Shown: positions 35,849 to 45,577 of the stretch, in pieces
Layout: every line of letters begins with the position of its first letter
How positions within the stretch are numbered: position 1 is the stretch's first letter
Assembly (NCBI GenBank): GCA_046598395.1
Contig: JBKJIQ010000025.1
Coordinates: 1,668 to 65,667, forward strand
Direction: 5' to 3'
DNA length: 64,000 nucleotides
Source: Acidimicrobiia bacterium
Lineage (GTDB): Bacteria > Actinomycetota > Acidimicrobiia > IMCC26256 > JAENVU01
Made by a program: the position numbers and the translations under genes
The notes under the pieces: model-generated
The model's input: the letters and a program-made list of their open reading frames with translations, nothing else
Told to the model about the DNA's origin: nothing
Database searches by the model: none

Positions 35849-36820
35849 GTGACTCGTCGATTCCCGTTTCCGCACCCCTTCGGCTGGTTCATGGTTGCCT
35901 ACGCCGACGAACTGGAACCGGGCGACGTGAAGTCGCTGCATTACTGGTCGACTGATCTCGTGCTCTGGCGTGACGATGCGGGGGAGTACCACCTCCAAGA
36001 CGCGTTCTGCCCCCATCTGGGCGCGCACCTCGGAGTGGGAGGCACCGTGGTCGGTAGCGACCTTCAGTGCCCGTTCCACGGCTGGCAGTTCGACGGGGAC
36101 GGCGGGTGTACCAACATTCCCTACTCCGAGCGCACCAACCGCAAGGCGCAACTCCGGAACTATCCAATCCTGAATCGCAACCAGATGATCTTTGCCTGGC
36201 GCCACCCCAACGGTGATGCGCCCCTCTGGGATGTGCCGGTGATCGACGAGGTCGGCGATCCGGCGTGGAGCGACTACGACCGCACCGCGTACGTGATCCG
36301 CACGGTCCCCCAAGAGATGGCCGAGAATGGGGTCGACCCCGCACACTTCCGCTATGTGCACGGCACCGACGACGTCGCGGAGATGGAGAGCTACGAGCAG
36401 GACGGTCCGTTCTCCACGATGCTGTCGAAGCAGAGCTACGTCACGCCCCGTGGAGTGACTGAGGGGCGGATCGACGTCTACAACTTCGGCCCGGGGTTCG
36501 CCAAGGTGTGGTTCTCGGGCATCGTCGACGCGATCAATGTGGCCGCCACCACTCCCATTGATCACGAAACGTCACTCGTCCGGTTTAGTTTCACCGTGCG
36601 TAAGTTCGACGACGAGAAGATGACGTCCACCGTCGCGGGCGCCTTCGTCTCCGAGATCAACAAGCAGATCCAAGAGGACACGCCAATCTGGGAGAACAAG
36701 GCGTTCCTCCCGGTCCCGGCCCTGGCTGATACCGACGGACCAATCTTGAAGTTCCGCAAGTGGTACTCGCAGTTCTACGCGGAGCCGCTCGTGGAGTCCG
36801 GCGCCCCGAGCCAGGGCTAG
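35849..36820 (+). CDS. Rieske 2Fe-2S non-heme iron oxygenase, KshA-like
   Basis: Rieske motif CPHLGAHL...CPFHGWQF, iron motif ENGVDPAHFRYVH, and C-terminal LKFRKWYSQFY as in KshA-type oxygenases. Confidence 0.8.
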   Translation: MTRRFPFPHPFGWFMVAYADELEPGDVKSLHYWSTDLVLWRDDAGEYHLQDAFCPHLGAHLGVGGTVVGSDLQCPFHGWQFDGDGGCTNIPYSERTNRKAQLRNYPILNRNQMIFAWRHPNGDAPLWDVPVIDEVGDPAWSDYDRTAYVIRTVPQEMAENGVDPAHFRYVHGTDDVAEMESYEQDGPFSTMLSKQSYVTPRGVTEGRIDVYNFGPGFAKVWFSGIVDAINVAATTPIDHETSLVRFSFTVRKFDDEKMTSTVAGAFVSEINKQIQEDTPIWENKAFLPVPALADTDGPILKFRKWYSQFYAEPLVESGAPSQG

Positions 36821-36825
36821 CGGCA

Positions 36826-37299
36826 GTGGGAGCGGGGGAGTGGTCCAGTTATCACGCGATCACGACCTTGATGTTCCGGTACGCGGAGTACGTGGACGCC
36901 GCCGACTTCGACGGCATTGGGTCGCTTTTCGCCCACGGTGAGATGACCACCCGAGGGATGAAGGGCGCGATCATCGGCGCGGTTGCCGTTCGCAACCTGT
37001 ATGTGATCTCGAACAAGGTGCATCCGAATGGAACCTTGCTCACGCGTCACCTCACCACGAATGTGATCGTCGATATCGACGAGGACCACGATCGTGCCGA
37101 AGCGCGCTCGTCCTTTGTGGTGTTCCAGGCGACGCCGATGGTCTCGTTGCAACCCATTGTCGCCGGGCGCTACCTCGACCAGTTCCACCGTCGTGATGGC
37201 GAGTGGTGCTTCGCGCAGCGCGAGATGGGGGTGGAGCAGATCGGCGACGTGTCCGACCATCTGCTCTTCGATCTCGATTCGGTTGTTCGTCCTCGCTGA
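36826..37299 (+). CDS. SnoaL-like / NTF2 family protein
   Basis: ITTLMFRYAEYVDAADFDGIGSLF...H.TTN..VDIDED...RYLDQFHRRDGEWCFAQRE is a typical SnoaL_4 pattern. The GTG at 36826 avoids overlap with the Rieske gene. Confidence 0.65.
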   Translation: MGAGEWSSYHAITTLMFRYAEYVDAADFDGIGSLFAHGEMTTRGMKGAIIGAVAVRNLYVISNKVHPNGTLLTRHLTTNVIVDIDEDHDRAEARSSFVVFQATPMVSLQPIVAGRYLDQFHRRDGEWCFAQREMGVEQIGDVSDHLLFDLDSVVRPR

Positions 37300-37326
37300 A
37301 CTCGTCCGTGCTTGCCCCGCCGTGCT

Positions 37327-37998
37327 TCACCCGTCGTCGTTGAGCCCGTCGTCGTCGAGTTCTTCGGGGCTCAGGCGGCTCATGGCGCGATCGATGATGC
37401 GCACGAACGTGTCGGAGTCTTGGGCCCCGGGAATCCCCACTTGACTCGCGAAGAAGAACGTCGGGACCGCCGTGACGTCGCGCGCCAACGCCCCCGCGAG
37501 TTCGGCTTCGACTTGGACCCGACCATCTGGACTGAGCAAGAACTCTTCGGCCTCCATGGGGTCCAGCCCCACGTCGTCGGCCAGCTCGACCAACGTGTGC
37601 AGATCGGCAACATTGCGACCCTCCACGAAGTATGCCTCCATGAGGCGCCGCTCGATCTCCCACTGGAGGTCGGTGGAATGGGCGAAGAACACCAGACGGT
37701 GGGCATCGAAGGTGTTGACCCGGAGGGCCTGGTCCAAGCGCAGTTCGAGCCCGACACCGGCCGCCGCACCGGTCATACGGTCGATGATCGCCGCCGCTTG
37801 GTCCTCTCCGCCATATTTCTTCGCGTAGGCGGCGAACACCGGGGTTGGCTCGGCCCCGGCCCGCGGGTCAAGCTGATAGGCCCGCCATTCGACGTTGATC
37901 TGGTCGCCGTGGTCGGAGAGGTCGAGCGCCTCTGCGAACTGCTGTTGGCCGATATAGCACCAAGGGCACACAATGTCGGAGTAAATCTCAACCAGCAT
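37327..37998 (-). CDS. DsbA family oxidoreductase (FrnE-like)
   Basis: N-terminal IEIYSDIVCPWCYIG CxxC motif. 223 aa. Confidence 0.88.
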   Translation of the reverse strand: MLVEIYSDIVCPWCYIGQQQFAEALDLSDHGDQINVEWRAYQLDPRAGAEPTPVFAAYAKKYGGEDQAAAIIDRMTGAAAGVGLELRLDQALRVNTFDAHRLVFFAHSTDLQWEIERRLMEAYFVEGRNVADLHTLVELADDVGLDPMEAEEFLLSPDGRVQVEAELAGALARDVTAVPTFFFASQVGIPGAQDSDTFVRIIDRAMSRLSPEELDDDGLNDDG

Positions 37999-38086
37999 GC
38001 CGGGAACGGTAGGGCGTGCGGCTCACTCCCGGAGACCAGCCAAAGAAGGGGTTCAAACCGGCCTGATTCCGGTCGATGTCTCCAGG

Positions 38087-39505
38087 ATGCAAGGCCACCA
38101 CGATCCGCGCCGAGCGGCGCAGTACGCCGCGTCGGCGTTCGCGCTGGGCGGCCTCGTCACGATCGTCGGAGGACTGGCGAATAGCGACCGCTTCAGCCGC
38201 GAGGGTGGGAGCGTCGCGCCAATCGTCGGTGCCGGAATCGGCGCGATTCTCGTTTCGATCATCATCCCGTTGCTCCCGTGGCGCCGGTGGAATCCGCGAT
38301 CCACCATCGTGTTGTTTGTCCTGGCGGTGGGCATGATCACCGCGGCAGAGTTTGCATCGAAGTCCTCACGGACCGCCGATGGGGCAATGTCGACCGCAAC
38401 GGTGGTGACGCTCCTCTTCGTGTGGGTGGGTCTGACGCAACCGAGATGGTGGTCGATCGCGTGTGGACCGATCGTGGCCGTTTGTCTGACGGCTGCGTTC
38501 ACGAGTGAGGACGCGCCCATTTCGATCGCGACGATCGTGATCGGTGTGATGCTCTCGGCGGTCATTGGTGAACTCGTGGCGTGGGTGAAACACGCGGATG
38601 AAACACGTAGCGACGAGCTGGGGCTCGTGATCGAGGGGACGAGTGGACTCCGCGATGACACCGACCGCACTGCGGCAGCTACCAGGTTGGTCCAGACCGT
38701 GGTTGCGTTGTTGCGGGTCCCGAATGTCGCGGTCTACCTGGAGGGTGGGGAAGGCCGGTTCGCGCTCGCGGCTTCGGTCGGTGATCTCACGCCGGCAGAA
38801 TCACGAATGGATGGTGGCGTGAAAGGGCCTGCCGTCCGTGCGGTCCATGGCGGTACGGAGTTGATGATCCCCCTCGTGGGTCGATCGGGCATGACCCGCG
38901 GCGTCGTGGTTGCGACCGGGCGTCGGCGTCAGGACGAGTTCATGCTGCGGCTCGCTCAGATCTTGGGTGAGCAGGCCGGCTACCGCCTCGACGACCTCGC
39001 GGCTTTCGACGCGCTCACCGACGAATCCCGGCGTGACGCACTGACCGGCGTTGGGAACCGACGGATGGCCGACGAGCTTCTCCATGACCTTCGAATCCGA
39101 GATGTCATTGCGATTGTTGACCTCGATGACTTGCGCGGCATTAACGAGCGGCGCGGACACCAGGGTGGAGACCTGGCGATTCAGGGGGTGGCACGACACT
39201 TGAATGAATCGGTGCGACAAGGCGACGCCGTGGCGCGCCTTGGGGGCGACGAGTTCGTCATGATCCTGAGAGATGTCGGCGAGGCGGCGTTTGCGATCGT
39301 GGATCGAATCGCGGCGGAGTGGAACACCGCGAATACCGAATCGACGTTTAGTGTCGGCGCGGCGTTGCACCACGGCGGTGCGTCAGAGTCGACGGTACAG
39401 GCGGCAGATGACGCGCTCTTCGCCGCAAAGCGCGACGGCCGAGCTCGGGCCAATGTGGCTGCCGCGATTCCACCCGGCGACGTTGATGAAGCTTCGGGGT
39501 TCTAG
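38087..39505 (+). CDS. membrane-bound GAF-like GGDEF diguanylate cyclase
   Basis: About 5 N-terminal TM helices and a central GAF-like region. DALTGVGNRR and LGGDEFVMIL, with an I-site RQGD five residues upstream. The start could also be the ATG at 37997. Confidence 0.85.
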   Translation: MQGHHDPRRAAQYAASAFALGGLVTIVGGLANSDRFSREGGSVAPIVGAGIGAILVSIIIPLLPWRRWNPRSTIVLFVLAVGMITAAEFASKSSRTADGAMSTATVVTLLFVWVGLTQPRWWSIACGPIVAVCLTAAFTSEDAPISIATIVIGVMLSAVIGELVAWVKHADETRSDELGLVIEGTSGLRDDTDRTAAATRLVQTVVALLRVPNVAVYLEGGEGRFALAASVGDLTPAESRMDGGVKGPAVRAVHGGTELMIPLVGRSGMTRGVVVATGRRRQDEFMLRLAQILGEQAGYRLDDLAAFDALTDESRRDALTGVGNRRMADELLHDLRIRDVIAIVDLDDLRGINERRGHQGGDLAIQGVARHLNESVRQGDAVARLGGDEFVMILRDVGEAAFAIVDRIAAEWNTANTESTFSVGAALHHGGASESTVQAADDALFAAKRDGRARANVAAAIPPGDVDEASGF

Positions 39506-39546
39506 ACGGCGAGTTTCTCACAACCCCGAGATCACTGATCTCCGGG
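39494..39546. terminator. two hairpins in the convergent junction between the GGDEF and PLDc_N genes
   Basis: tcggggtt (39494-39501) pairs with aaccccga (39522-39529). cccgagatc-act-gatctccggg (39525-39546) follows. These overlap both stop codons. Confidence 0.3.
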
Positions 39547-39930
39547 TTCTTGCTCGCGTACGTCGAGCTCGTCTTGACGCCGCGCTTCCCACTCCGCGAG
39601 CTGCTGGTCGAGTTCGGCTGATCGCCGATCGCTGATCTCGGGGCGGCTGGGGATGCGATCCTCGAGGGCTCGTGACCGGTGCGGCGCACCGGAATCGCCC
39701 ACACTCCCGATCGGCCGCCAGTGCTGGTGCGCGGGCCGACCGAGAAGGAGCCACAGGATCGCGCCGAGGCCGGAAAGGAGGATCACGATGATGAGCCAGA
39801 TCCATTTGGGGAGGTTGCGACACCGCTGCGAGTCGGCGGAGATGCAATCGATCAGCGCCCAGATCCAGAGGGCGAACACCACGAATCCGAAGACACCTTC
39901 AAGCCCAACGAGCATCGATCTCCTTCGCAT
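39532..39930 (-). CDS. PLD nuclease N-terminal domain (PLDc_N) small membrane protein
   Basis: KWIWLIIVILLSGLGAILWLLLGR matches the PLDc_N signature. Two TM helices plus a charged tail. Confidence 0.75.
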   Translation of the reverse strand: MRRRSMLVGLEGVFGFVVFALWIWALIDCISADSQRCRNLPKWIWLIIVILLSGLGAILWLLLGRPAHQHWRPIGSVGDSGAPHRSRALEDRIPSRPEISDRRSAELDQQLAEWEARRQDELDVREQEPGDQ

Positions 39931-39963
39931 TTCATCCGTGCGCCGGCCCGGTGGCGGTGAAGG

Positions 39964-40728
39964 TTACTGGTGTCGGAAATCTCGCGGCCCCGGGGCCACC
40001 GGTTCGCGCCACATTGTCCAGGTGGATGGACCGTCGGGGGTCGGCGTTACCGTGTCGCTGAGTTTGAATCGATGCCGCGCGTAGTACGCCAGGTTCTGTT
40101 CCTTGTCGGTTTCGAGGTACGTGGGGCTTCCCGCTTGGTCGGCGCGCGCGAGTCCCGCGTCGAGGAGGCCGTTCCCGTAGCCGCAGCCTTGGTGGGGCGG
40201 GTCGACGGCGAGAGTGGCCAGATACCAATGCTGCGCGGTCGGGTGGACCGCTTCGACCGCGCGGAGGTACCGCAGCGATCGCCGCAGCGAGCCACGAGCG
40301 ACGGGAGCGACCGCCACCAGGTGCAACAGCTGGCGGGCTTGGCGGGCTGAACCGGGTGGGTAGCTCCCGGGCGGTAGCCATACTGCCGCACCGACGATCG
40401 TGGCGTCGACAGTGGCCACCCAGACCTCGCCATGCTTATACGCGTCGACGAGGCCGGCGATGAACAAGGCCCGCGTTGCGATGGTCCGGGAACGTTCGCG
40501 CGGAAGTAGGAACGTGGTGATCGGAGAGTCGTCGAACGCCCGGGCGAAGACCTCGGCCGCGACGCGGATCTGCGCGTATTGAATGGGTCGGATCTCGACG
40601 GCCTCGGGCACGGCTGCAGCGTAGTGACGCCTTCGTCGGGGAGCGCCGTCCGGGAGGCCGCGCCGGGATTGGGCGTACGCTCGGCGATGGCTCGAATCTC
40701 CTTCAAGGATCATGGCAACCCCGAACAC
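39964..40728 (-). CDS. GNAT family N-acetyltransferase
   Basis: LATLAVDPPHQGCGYGNGLLDAGL...YARHRFK acetyl-CoA binding core. The 5' end is uncertain because the track start overlaps the divergent gene starting at 40687. Confidence 0.75.
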   Translation of the reverse strand: MFGVAMILEGDSSHRRAYAQSRRGLPDGAPRRRRHYAAAVPEAVEIRPIQYAQIRVAAEVFARAFDDSPITTFLLPRERSRTIATRALFIAGLVDAYKHGEVWVATVDATIVGAAVWLPPGSYPPGSARQARQLLHLVAVAPVARGSLRRSLRYLRAVEAVHPTAQHWYLATLAVDPPHQGCGYGNGLLDAGLARADQAGSPTYLETDKEQNLAYYARHRFKLSDTVTPTPDGPSTWTMWREPVAPGPRDFRHQ

Positions 40729-41172
40729 GTTGACTGGGCGCTCTCCCGAGTGGAGATGGCGGTGGGTATGGGAGCACTCTCCGAGGCCGTCTACGGCAGC
40801 TCACGTCTCCCGGTGCGTGAACGCGAATCGGCCCGTTTCACGATTGCGCTGATCAACGACTGCGTCGTGTGTCAGGACACCCGTGCGAAACAGGCGGTGG
40901 ATGCCAGCATCGACGAAGGCTTCTACTCCGAGATTGCCAACTGGCGCGAGAGTGCGGTGCTGACCGTTCGGGAACGCCTCGCTGCGGAGTACGCACAACG
41001 CTTCGCGTTGGAGCATCTGGGAATGGACGACGACTTCTGGGCCCGCCTCCATGACGCGTTCGCGGACGATGAGATCGTGGATCTCACGATTTGCTGTGGC
41101 ATGTTCCTCGGAATGGGCCGCACGCTCGCGGTGATCGGCGTGCGCGCCCCCGACGAGCGACTCCTGGTCTGA
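40687..41172 (+). CDS. carboxymuconolactone decarboxylase (AhpD-like) family protein
   Basis: RERESARFTIALINDCVVCQDTR CxxC-type motif of the CMD family. ATG at 40687. Confidence 0.7.
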   Translation: MARISFKDHGNPEHVDWALSRVEMAVGMGALSEAVYGSSRLPVRERESARFTIALINDCVVCQDTRAKQAVDASIDEGFYSEIANWRESAVLTVRERLAAEYAQRFALEHLGMDDDFWARLHDAFADDEIVDLTICCGMFLGMGRTLAVIGVRAPDERLLV

Positions 41173-41175
41173 ACC

Positions 41176-41193
41176 AGCCCGACTGCGCGGGCT
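41176..41193. terminator. short GC hairpin between convergent genes
   Basis: agcccg-actgcg-cgggct: 6-bp stem, 6-nt loop. It lies between stops at 41172 (plus) and 41200 (minus). Confidence 0.3.
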
Positions 41194-41199
41194 CCCGGG

Positions 41200-42372
41200 T
41201 TATCGGTAGTTGCCAGTGTGGCCGAGGCTGTAGCGGCCGGGTTGGGGAAACACCGCGAGTCCGTGCGGTCCGCTGCCGACCGGGATCCGGGTGATCAAGC
41301 GACCGGTCGTGGTGTCGACCACGTAGACCCCACCGGAGTAGCGACCGGTGACCCAGAACTGGGATCCATCAGCACTGACGCCGCCCATGTCGGGAGTGCC
41401 GCCGATGTCCCACGTGGCAACAACGGTGCGCGTCGCGAAGTCGATCACCGAAATCGATCCGGCCTGACGGTTGGTGGCGTACAACTTGGACCCGTCGCGG
41501 CTGGGGTACAGGCCGTGGGTCCCGCGAGCCGTGGGAATGAACCCGACTTCCGTCATCGCAACCGGGTCGATGATCGAGACGCCGTTCCGGCCCTGGTTCG
41601 CGACGTACATGACGGTGCCATCGGGCGACGACCGGACGTCCACTGGCATGCCGCCCACGTTCAGTTCGCCGGTGACGGTCATCGTGGTGAGATCGATGCG
41701 CACGACGTAGCCCGAGAACTCGCAGCTCGCGATCATGATCTTGCCGTTGGGCGTGAAGTCGGCGTGGTTCACGCCCGCATGCGCAATCCGAACCGAGGTG
41801 ATGAGTTTCCACGTGACGGGATCGCGGAACTCGACCATGCTGTTGCGCTCGGCCATCACAATCGCACGGGTGCCGTCGGGGGAGTAATAGAGGTTGTACG
41901 GATCGTCGACGGGAATCGCAGGGCCGGCCTTACCCGTCGCCGGAGCGATCGGTGTGAGCGTGTTCCCTTTGTTGTTGTTCACGTAGAGCGTCGAGAGGTC
42001 GTAGGAGGGAACCACGTGCTGAGGCGTGTTGCCCACCGCGTAGTGATCGATCACCTTCATGGATACGGGGTCGATGACGTCGACCGTGTTCGAGAGACTG
42101 TTCGGGACGTAGACCCGGCTCGGTATGTTGGCCACCTTCGGGTCGAGCATGCCCGCCCGGGTGTGGTCGTAGATGTCCACGCCGGGACCGGCGCCGCTCG
42201 CCGGATTCGTAGGCTGCGCCAAGGTGTCGGTGGTTGACGTGCTCGACGCCGGACGCGACGTCGAGGAACCGCCAGGTTGCTTTGCCGGCGCGGCCTTCGG
42301 ACCACTCCCGCTGCACCCACTCCCGACGCCCACTCCGATCGCGATGATCAGCGCGAGGTGTCTGGAATTCAT
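41200..42372 (-). CDS. YVTN-family beta-propeller lipoprotein
   Basis: Lipobox-like IGVGVGSGC followed by a Ser/Thr/Pro-rich linker. Repeats include YVPNSLSNTVDVIDP, SPDGTVMYVANQG..VSIID and SRDGSKLYATN. Confidence 0.8.
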   Translation of the reverse strand: MNSRHLALIIAIGVGVGSGCSGSGPKAAPAKQPGGSSTSRPASSTSTTDTLAQPTNPASGAGPGVDIYDHTRAGMLDPKVANIPSRVYVPNSLSNTVDVIDPVSMKVIDHYAVGNTPQHVVPSYDLSTLYVNNNKGNTLTPIAPATGKAGPAIPVDDPYNLYYSPDGTRAIVMAERNSMVEFRDPVTWKLITSVRIAHAGVNHADFTPNGKIMIASCEFSGYVVRIDLTTMTVTGELNVGGMPVDVRSSPDGTVMYVANQGRNGVSIIDPVAMTEVGFIPTARGTHGLYPSRDGSKLYATNRQAGSISVIDFATRTVVATWDIGGTPDMGGVSADGSQFWVTGRYSGGVYVVDTTTGRLITRIPVGSGPHGLAVFPQPGRYSLGHTGNYR

Positions 42373-43415
42373 CGGACCTCCAGGGTGATGATCGAACTCA
42401 ACAAGTTGGGGCTCTCGCCGCCGACCAGATACGCGACGTTGCCGAGGACGGCGATCGCGGCGTCGGAGATCGGGGTGGGAAGGGTTGCCACCGGATTGAG
42501 CGTGACCGGGCCGACGCCGTCCGGGCCGGGGTCGAGGTGCCAGACCTGATTCGTTTCTCGGCCGGCGAGCAGACCACCGAACACATAGATGTGGCCGCGC
42601 ACGGTCGCGGCCACTGCGTCAGTGAGGCCTTGGGGAAGTTCGCCGACCTGCATCGCTTCGCCGGTAGTGGTATCGAGCATTTGCACAGCGCGCACTGCGC
42701 CGGACGCGTTGCCGTCGGTGGTGCCACCGACGATGTAGATCCGGGCTCCGAGTGCGGCCACCGCCGGATACCGAACGGGGACGGGTAGATCACCCAGGAC
42801 TTGGAACGTGATGCCGTCGGACGTGGAGATCGTGGTGCCCCGCACCCGTGCACCGTCGTACCCGCCGATGATGAAAGTGCGCCCGCCGATGGTGGTGGCG
42901 GTGAGGTCAGACCGCGGGATGGGGAGATGCCCCACCACACTCACTCCCGTGGGTCCCACCGCCTGGACCCCGTTGGTCTCACTCGAGTTCCCTCCGCCGA
43001 ACACCATGGGAGTTCCACCAACCTGCGCGCCACCGGCGTCGTGGACCGCGGCCACCAGCGCGCCCGCGTTGGTGACGGTGCGCGCCCGAGGATCGATGCG
43101 AAGGATCTCGCTGATCGTTCGTTTCGCTCCGTCGAAGCCGCCGAGGAGCAGTAGGTGATCACCATCGGCGATGAGCACCGCTCGGGCGGAAGGGCGGGGG
43201 AGTGCGAACGGCGCTGCAGCCACAACGACGGTGCCCGTGGACGGTGTGGACGTGGAAGCCGAAGGGTTCGTCGTGCTGGTGCTCGTACTGCGGGAGCCCG
43301 CCCCGCTACCGGTCGGCGCCGACTTCGCCGAGGTGGATGGAGCGCTGCTCGAACACGCCGTGGCCGTGACCAGAATGCAGAGTGCTGCGAGTATTGAGAG
43401 CAGCGGCCGAAACAT
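42369..43415 (-). CDS. Kelch-repeat lipoprotein
   Basis: From MFRPLLSILAALCILVTATAC (lipobox), then a Ser/Thr-rich linker. Repeated units such as LLLLGGFDG, MVFGGGN, FIIGGYDG, IYIVGGTT, IYVFGG and AYLVGGES follow. ATGA overlap with the downstream YVTN gene. Confidence 0.8.
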   Translation of the reverse strand: MFRPLLSILAALCILVTATACSSSAPSTSAKSAPTGSGAGSRSTSTSTTNPSASTSTPSTGTVVVAAAPFALPRPSARAVLIADGDHLLLLGGFDGAKRTISEILRIDPRARTVTNAGALVAAVHDAGGAQVGGTPMVFGGGNSSETNGVQAVGPTGVSVVGHLPIPRSDLTATTIGGRTFIIGGYDGARVRGTTISTSDGITFQVLGDLPVPVRYPAVAALGARIYIVGGTTDGNASGAVRAVQMLDTTTGEAMQVGELPQGLTDAVAATVRGHIYVFGGLLAGRETNQVWHLDPGPDGVGPVTLNPVATLPTPISDAAIAVLGNVAYLVGGESPNLLSSIITLEVR

Positions 43416-43516
43416 CACCGCAGTCTGCAACACGCGGCCGACGAATCCACGGACGGGGTCGGCCCAACCTTTGCCCAAGGCCCGGCTCGGCCCAACGTGG
43501 CGCCCACTACCTTGGC

Positions 43517-44143
43517 GTGGTGCAGGAATACGAAGTCCGGGAGATACGGGAGGACGAGGTCTTCGCGGCGCGTCGGATGCTCGCGACCGCGTTCGCCGGC
43601 GAAGCGTTCGCAATCGGCATGTTTGGGGCGGAGCCGCTCGGGCGGTTTCTGGGAATGATGGACCAGTACGCCTCGTGGCCGTTCTCGGCCGCACCCGTCA
43701 CGTTCGCCGCGGTGTTCGGTGGGAACCTCCTTGGCGTCGCTACTGCGACGCTCCCGGGCCAGTGTCATCTGTGTGACGAGTCCCATGACCTGCTCCCAAG
43801 GACGGCGAGTGTCGCCGACCGGATTGAGCATGAGTTCCAGCTTGCCTGTCGACGGGCCCACAATGGTGCTGATCTTCCGGCGCACGCACACATAACGTCG
43901 GTCGCGGTCGAAGGAATCCTGCGTGGGGGCGGAGTCGGCCGTCGGCTGGTCGACCGACTCCTGAGCGGGCTTTGGTCCTCGGGCGCGTCATGTGCAGTGC
44001 TCGAATGCGTCACGGTACGCGCACCGTTCTATGAGCGATTGGGATTTCGGGTCATCGATGAGTTTGCGGATCCAGGTGCGCCGGGTTTGCGCAGTGTGTT
44101 GATGCGCTGTGACACCTCGAGCGGAGAGGGTCAGGCGAGCTAA
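43517..44143 (+). CDS. GNAT family N-acetyltransferase
   Basis: VREIREDEV...ITSVAVEGILRGGGVGRRLV...FYERLGFRV. GTG start at 43517 or 43520. Same subfamily shape as the GNAT at 39964. Confidence 0.7.
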   Translation: MVQEYEVREIREDEVFAARRMLATAFAGEAFAIGMFGAEPLGRFLGMMDQYASWPFSAAPVTFAAVFGGNLLGVATATLPGQCHLCDESHDLLPRTASVADRIEHEFQLACRRAHNGADLPAHAHITSVAVEGILRGGGVGRRLVDRLLSGLWSSGASCAVLECVTVRAPFYERLGFRVIDEFADPGAPGLRSVLMRCDTSSGEGQAS

Positions 44144-45196
44144 TTGAACGCTGTCCCCGAACGCTGGGCCGCACTGCTGCCGTTCGGCTGGAACGATCGC
44201 GTTCGGGCCGGGTTCGAAGCGGTGGGCTCGACGCCCGGCCTGGCGCCCGGACGCGTCGTGCGAGTGGTGCGCTCCGCATGCGCAGTCGCAACGATCGATG
44301 GTGAGCGGATGGCCGAGTGGGTGGCGGATCTGCCCGACTTCCCCGTGGTGGGCGATTGGATCGCCATCGAGACGCTGGCCGAGCGCACCATTGTTCGATC
44401 GGTGTTGCCGCGTTGGTCGGAACTGATCCGGCTCGATCCCTTGGGCGATCGGTCCCAAGTGCTCGCGGTGAACGTGGACATCGTGTTCATCACCGCGCCC
44501 GCGGATCGTCCGAGTGTGGCCCGCGTGGAGCGCGAGAGCGTGGTGGCATGGGAGAGTGGGGCGCGCCCGGTGGTCGTGGTCACCAAAATCGATCTTGATG
44601 CCGAGGCCTACGTGGAGGAACTCCGGCGTCGGCTCGTAGGGGTGGAAATCATCGCGACCTCGGCCACCTCCGGCTCCGGAGTCGACGTCATTGCGGAGCA
44701 GTTGCAGCCGAATCACACGGCGGTGGTGCTCGGACCGTCGGGCGCCGGAAAGTCCACGTTGATCAATGCGTTGCTCGGAGAGGATCGGCTCGCGACGGGC
44801 GCGGTACGCGACGAAGACGCGCGGGGCCGTCACACCACGACCACACGCGAGTTGGTGGTGATCCCGAGTGGAGGGGTGGTGATCGATACCCCGGGAATCC
44901 GCGGGCTCGGCATGTGGTCCGACGGTGCCGGGCTCGAAGCCGCATTCGCCGATATCACGGCACTCGCGGAGGGATGTCGGTTCCGCGACTGCCGCCACGA
45001 TGGTGAGCCCGGCTGCGCGGTGGTGACGGCGTTGGCGCAGGGCACGCTCGACCGTGATCGGTTCGAGCACTACCGGAAGTTGGACCGAGAGATCGCCACC
45101 GACCCCCGCAAGTTCGATCCGGCGGTTCGCCGCGCCGAACGGGAGCGGACCAAGGCCGCCAATGCCGAACAACGGAGAGCGCGCAAGCAATCCTGA
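44144..45196 (+). CDS. rsgA: ribosome small subunit-dependent GTPase A
   Basis: Circularly permuted GTPase motifs VVTKIDL, GPSGAGKSTLINAL and DTPGIRG. Zinc cluster CRFRDCRHDGEPGC. TTG start directly after the GNAT stop. Confidence 0.9.
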   Translation: MNAVPERWAALLPFGWNDRVRAGFEAVGSTPGLAPGRVVRVVRSACAVATIDGERMAEWVADLPDFPVVGDWIAIETLAERTIVRSVLPRWSELIRLDPLGDRSQVLAVNVDIVFITAPADRPSVARVERESVVAWESGARPVVVVTKIDLDAEAYVEELRRRLVGVEIIATSATSGSGVDVIAEQLQPNHTAVVLGPSGAGKSTLINALLGEDRLATGAVRDEDARGRHTTTTRELVVIPSGGVVIDTPGIRGLGMWSDGAGLEAAFADITALAEGCRFRDCRHDGEPGCAVVTALAQGTLDRDRFEHYRKLDREIATDPRKFDPAVRRAERERTKAANAEQRRARKQS

Positions 45197-45334
45197 CGCT
45201 GGGCTCTCAACAAAAGGTGACGACGCGAGCGCGCCGTTGCGAATGCTCATGGCATGCCGGTTGTACGGATGTGAGCGGCACCGCGAAAATCGTCGTGGGC
45301 CGGTATCGCACGAAGGCGTCAGTTGCGCGGCGCA

Positions 45335-45577
45335 TTCCAACATAAACGGCGACGGGTCGACGATGGTGATGTCGTAGCCATCGCGCGCGAGGGGGATGCT
45401 CTGATGGCCCGCGCCGCCTCCGACGTCGACGATGCGCAGCGGGGCGGACGCGAGGTGCGCGAGCAGGTGTTGATGGATGACGTGGGTCCGCACGCGTCCT
45501 CGGAGCGAGTCGTAGTGCGTGTCGACGTAGGTCTTTCCGAGTTCGGCCCAGGGGTCGTCGTGCTGGGTGTCACTCAT
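45335..45577 (-). pseudogene. N-terminal remnant of a class I SAM-dependent methyltransferase
   Basis: MSDTQHDDPWAELGKTYVDTHYDSLRG...LRIVDVGGGAGHQSIPLARDGYDITIVDPSPFML retains motif I and post-I. After about 80 aa the sequence loses all methyltransferase character in every frame and runs into rsgA. Confidence 0.5.

Noticed and set aside
43988-45577. 529-aa minus-strand ORF spanning the whole rsgA gene.
   Set aside because: Only the first ~80 codons (45335-45577) look like a real protein, a methyltransferase N-terminus. The remainder is antisense to the well-supported rsgA and GNAT genes, so it is kept only as a truncated remnant.
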